A stretch of 64,000 bases of DNA. Origin: Puccinia triticina (Eukaryota). Below are positions 61,917-64,000 of this stretch, in pieces (within the stretch, counting starts at the first letter, position 1; each line of letters opens with the position of its first letter). Where the stretch lies: assembly GCA_026914245.1 (NCBI GenBank), contig CP110439.1, forward strand, positions 4,774,001-4,838,000, read 5' to 3'. The position numbers and the translations under genes were made by a program. Under the pieces are notes generated by a model, which saw nothing but the letters and a program-made list of their open reading frames with translations, made no database searches and was not told where the DNA came from.

Positions 61917-64000
61917 TGTCTGGGGGTACGATTTTCGTCAGCAACGGTTTGCAGGGCGGGGGGGGGGGGGGGGGGGGGGGGGGGGACGATAAAAAACTAA
62001 ACTCACAAGAATCAGGCAGCGGCTACGAAATTGGGCCGGGGACAATAAGGGTGGCAACAACCACTGTCAGTGGTTGATCCGGCGGTCAAAGGATGCAAAA
62101 AAGGGGGCTCACCGAAGATTTATTTTGGGGGGCCGGGTGGGATACTGGGTGGTGGCTAGTCTTGCAGCAGCTGGGCAGTTTCAGAGCGGACGTGAGTGAT
62201 TGATCATGGATGCGGAAAAAGGGTGGCGGCTTACCGGTGAAAAAAATTTTTGGGCGGTTGCTGGATTGGTTCCTGGCTGGCGGCTGGGCAGTGGTTGGGT
62301 CCGGCGGGGGAGGATTTGGTCGGGGGCCATTTCCGATGGCGGAGGTGGGAGGGGATATGGGATATGGTCGAGGGCGAAGGGGCTGGAAGATGAGAAGAAT
62401 TGGAAGAATACAGGGGGCGGGGCTGAAGCGAAAAATTTTGTCTGTTGGATTTTCAGCCTCGCCCACCCGCAAGCTTTTTTGGTATTGCTGTACTCTCTTC
62501 AATGAATGGAATTTGAACCCAGAATTCAAAAGAGTTAAGCTCTTCAATGAATGGTACCCAGAATTCAAAAGAGTAATATGTACTTGCTTCAATGACTGGT
62601 GCCCACCATTTGAAATAGTTAAACTGCCTTCAAGAACCAGTAACAGCCATCAATATTTCTACACATTAATCTCTGAATGATTGGTACTAACCACTTTGCC
62701 AGATATAAGATTTCCCCTGTACCCCAAAAAGTGCAGCGGCGAAGCCGCCTTGGCCTCTAGTTTTTTCATTAAATGATAACTTTGGAAAATCTTTAATACT
62801 ATTCCAAAAAAATCATGAATAATCAGAATCAATATAATGAAATGTGACATGAATGATAATAAATGAAAAAAATGAATCCCAAAATCCATCCTAAATTTTT
62901 GTGGGCAGGGAAAGTACCTCAAAAATTGCAAATTTGCACTGCAGGTAACAAAAAAACAGTGTCTGAGGTGTTTTCACTGCCAACTAAAATTTAGGATGGA
63001 TTTTGGGATTCATTTTTTTCATTTATTATCATTCAAGTCACATTTCAGTCTATTGATTCTGATTATTCATGATTTTTTTGGAATAGTATTAAAGATTTTC
63101 CAAAATTATCATTTGATGAAAAAATATTTTCAGCTAGTATGCACTTATTTTTGCCAAGAACATTACTTATATTCATTCTTTTGGAACCTTTCTGTCCATC
63201 CTCCTAATAAATCAGAAATTAGCAGGCATGGTTTGTATGTGTTCTTGTCAAAAGAAATTTCATGAAAACTTTCTTCTGGGCACTGTACATGGCGGTGGCA
63301 CCACAATGCCCCCAACAGGTCAAAGTCTAGGGTCAATTTCAGCTTCCTAGCGCATGTTGGATGTGTTGACCAGGGTGGCCAGAAGATCCAGGCAGTAGCT
63401 AATATGTGCCTCGCGGGTCAAAAACACATTGGAAGCGTGGCAGTGGTGTTGTTGTCAAGGATACATGCAAGCCAAGTCAAGGGCAATGTTTGAGTTGAGC
63501 TTTCTGGTTGATGTTGTATGAAAGGGGGGGTGCTCTTGTGTTTGGATAATCCCCAGGTGTCCTCTGCCGCTGCGGTTTGTCCTCACCCCCTCCGCTTTTG
63601 CACTTGCGCAGTTTGAGGGGCTAAACTTGTTGGCCCCCCTTTTCATGTTGTAATGCGGCGCGCTGGGGGTCATCCTCTCACCATTTTTTAACCCTGATAG
63701 ACAGGGATGGATGGTGGGCCACAGTGCATCAGCTTGCTGATGTTAGGTGGCTGGTTGCAGGTTGTTGTAAAATTGTGTTTTATTGTTGATTTGGGCATTT
63801 GTAAAGGGAAATCCCTTCATGTTTCTCTTCTAGAAGCTGTAGAGGGGAAACCCTTTATTTTTTTTTGTGATTTTTGGAGATTTGTAGGGCAAACCCTCAA
63901 AGTTTTGTTTTTTGATTCAGAGGCTTCAATAAACTTGGATAGACTCAAGCCAGGCCATTTTCAAAAATTTCAAGCAACCCTGGAAGGTCTGGGAGGCGGA

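Larger units (their letters stand above)
56479..62490. mobile_element. Large Tc1/IS630-type transposon with long TIRs and two convergent genes
   Basis: TA|CAGCAATACCAAAAAAGCTTGCGGG... and ...CCCGCAAGCTTTTTTGGTATTGCTG|TA; inverted similarity extends ~500 bp. Confidence 0.9.
54521..62760 (+). mobile_element. Non-autonomous Helitron (8.2 kb including nested insertions)
   Basis: Begins TC after host A, ends CTAG before host T, no TSD, hairpin GCGGC-GAA-GCCGC at 62736-62748; no Rep/helicase ORF. Confidence 0.85.
54360..63285. mobile_element. Tc1/mariner-type fold-back MITE split by a Helitron (arms 54360-54520 and 62761-63285)
   Basis: TA|CAGTGCCCAGAAGAAAG... and ...CTTTCTTCTGGGCACTG|TA; joining 54520 to 62761 restores a ~300-bp arm mirroring about 62985-63285. 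Confidence 0.85.

Noticed and set aside
61958..61985. Poly-G tract as a G-quadruplex element
   Set aside because: Homopolymer whose length may be a sequencing artefact; no further support
54360..63285. Single 8.9-kb composite Tc1 transposon
   Set aside because: Better explained as a small fold-back MITE split by a Helitron; the transposase has its own inner TIRs and TA TSD

Overview
Eukaryotic, intron-rich and transposon-dense fungal DNA, most consistent with a rust fungus (Pucciniales; inferred from gene style and repeat families). Four host genes are recognisable: an R3H+G-patch SQS1-like gene (-), an MFS transporter (+), PRP8 (+, 24 introns by my reading, one 8-nt micro-exon, no intein at the known site) and squalene synthase ERG9 (-). 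There is also a small secreted-protein candidate. The rest is nested mobile DNA whose ends and target-site duplications (TSDs) can often be read directly: a Copia fragment, a dead Tc1, PIF/Harbinger, hAT, CACTA and P-like non-autonomous elements, a solo LTR and Helitron termini. The most striking structure is a ~6.0-kb Tc1/IS630-type element (56479-62490) with ~500-bp terminal inverted repeats (TIRs), an intact 3-exon DD34E transposase and a second, convergent gene of unknown function. It sits inside an 8.2-kb Helitron (54521-62760), which in turn splits a fold-back MITE. A CACTA element carrying a tRNA-like sequence and a decayed ATP1 fragment are also notable. All calls were made by eye; no database searches were run.
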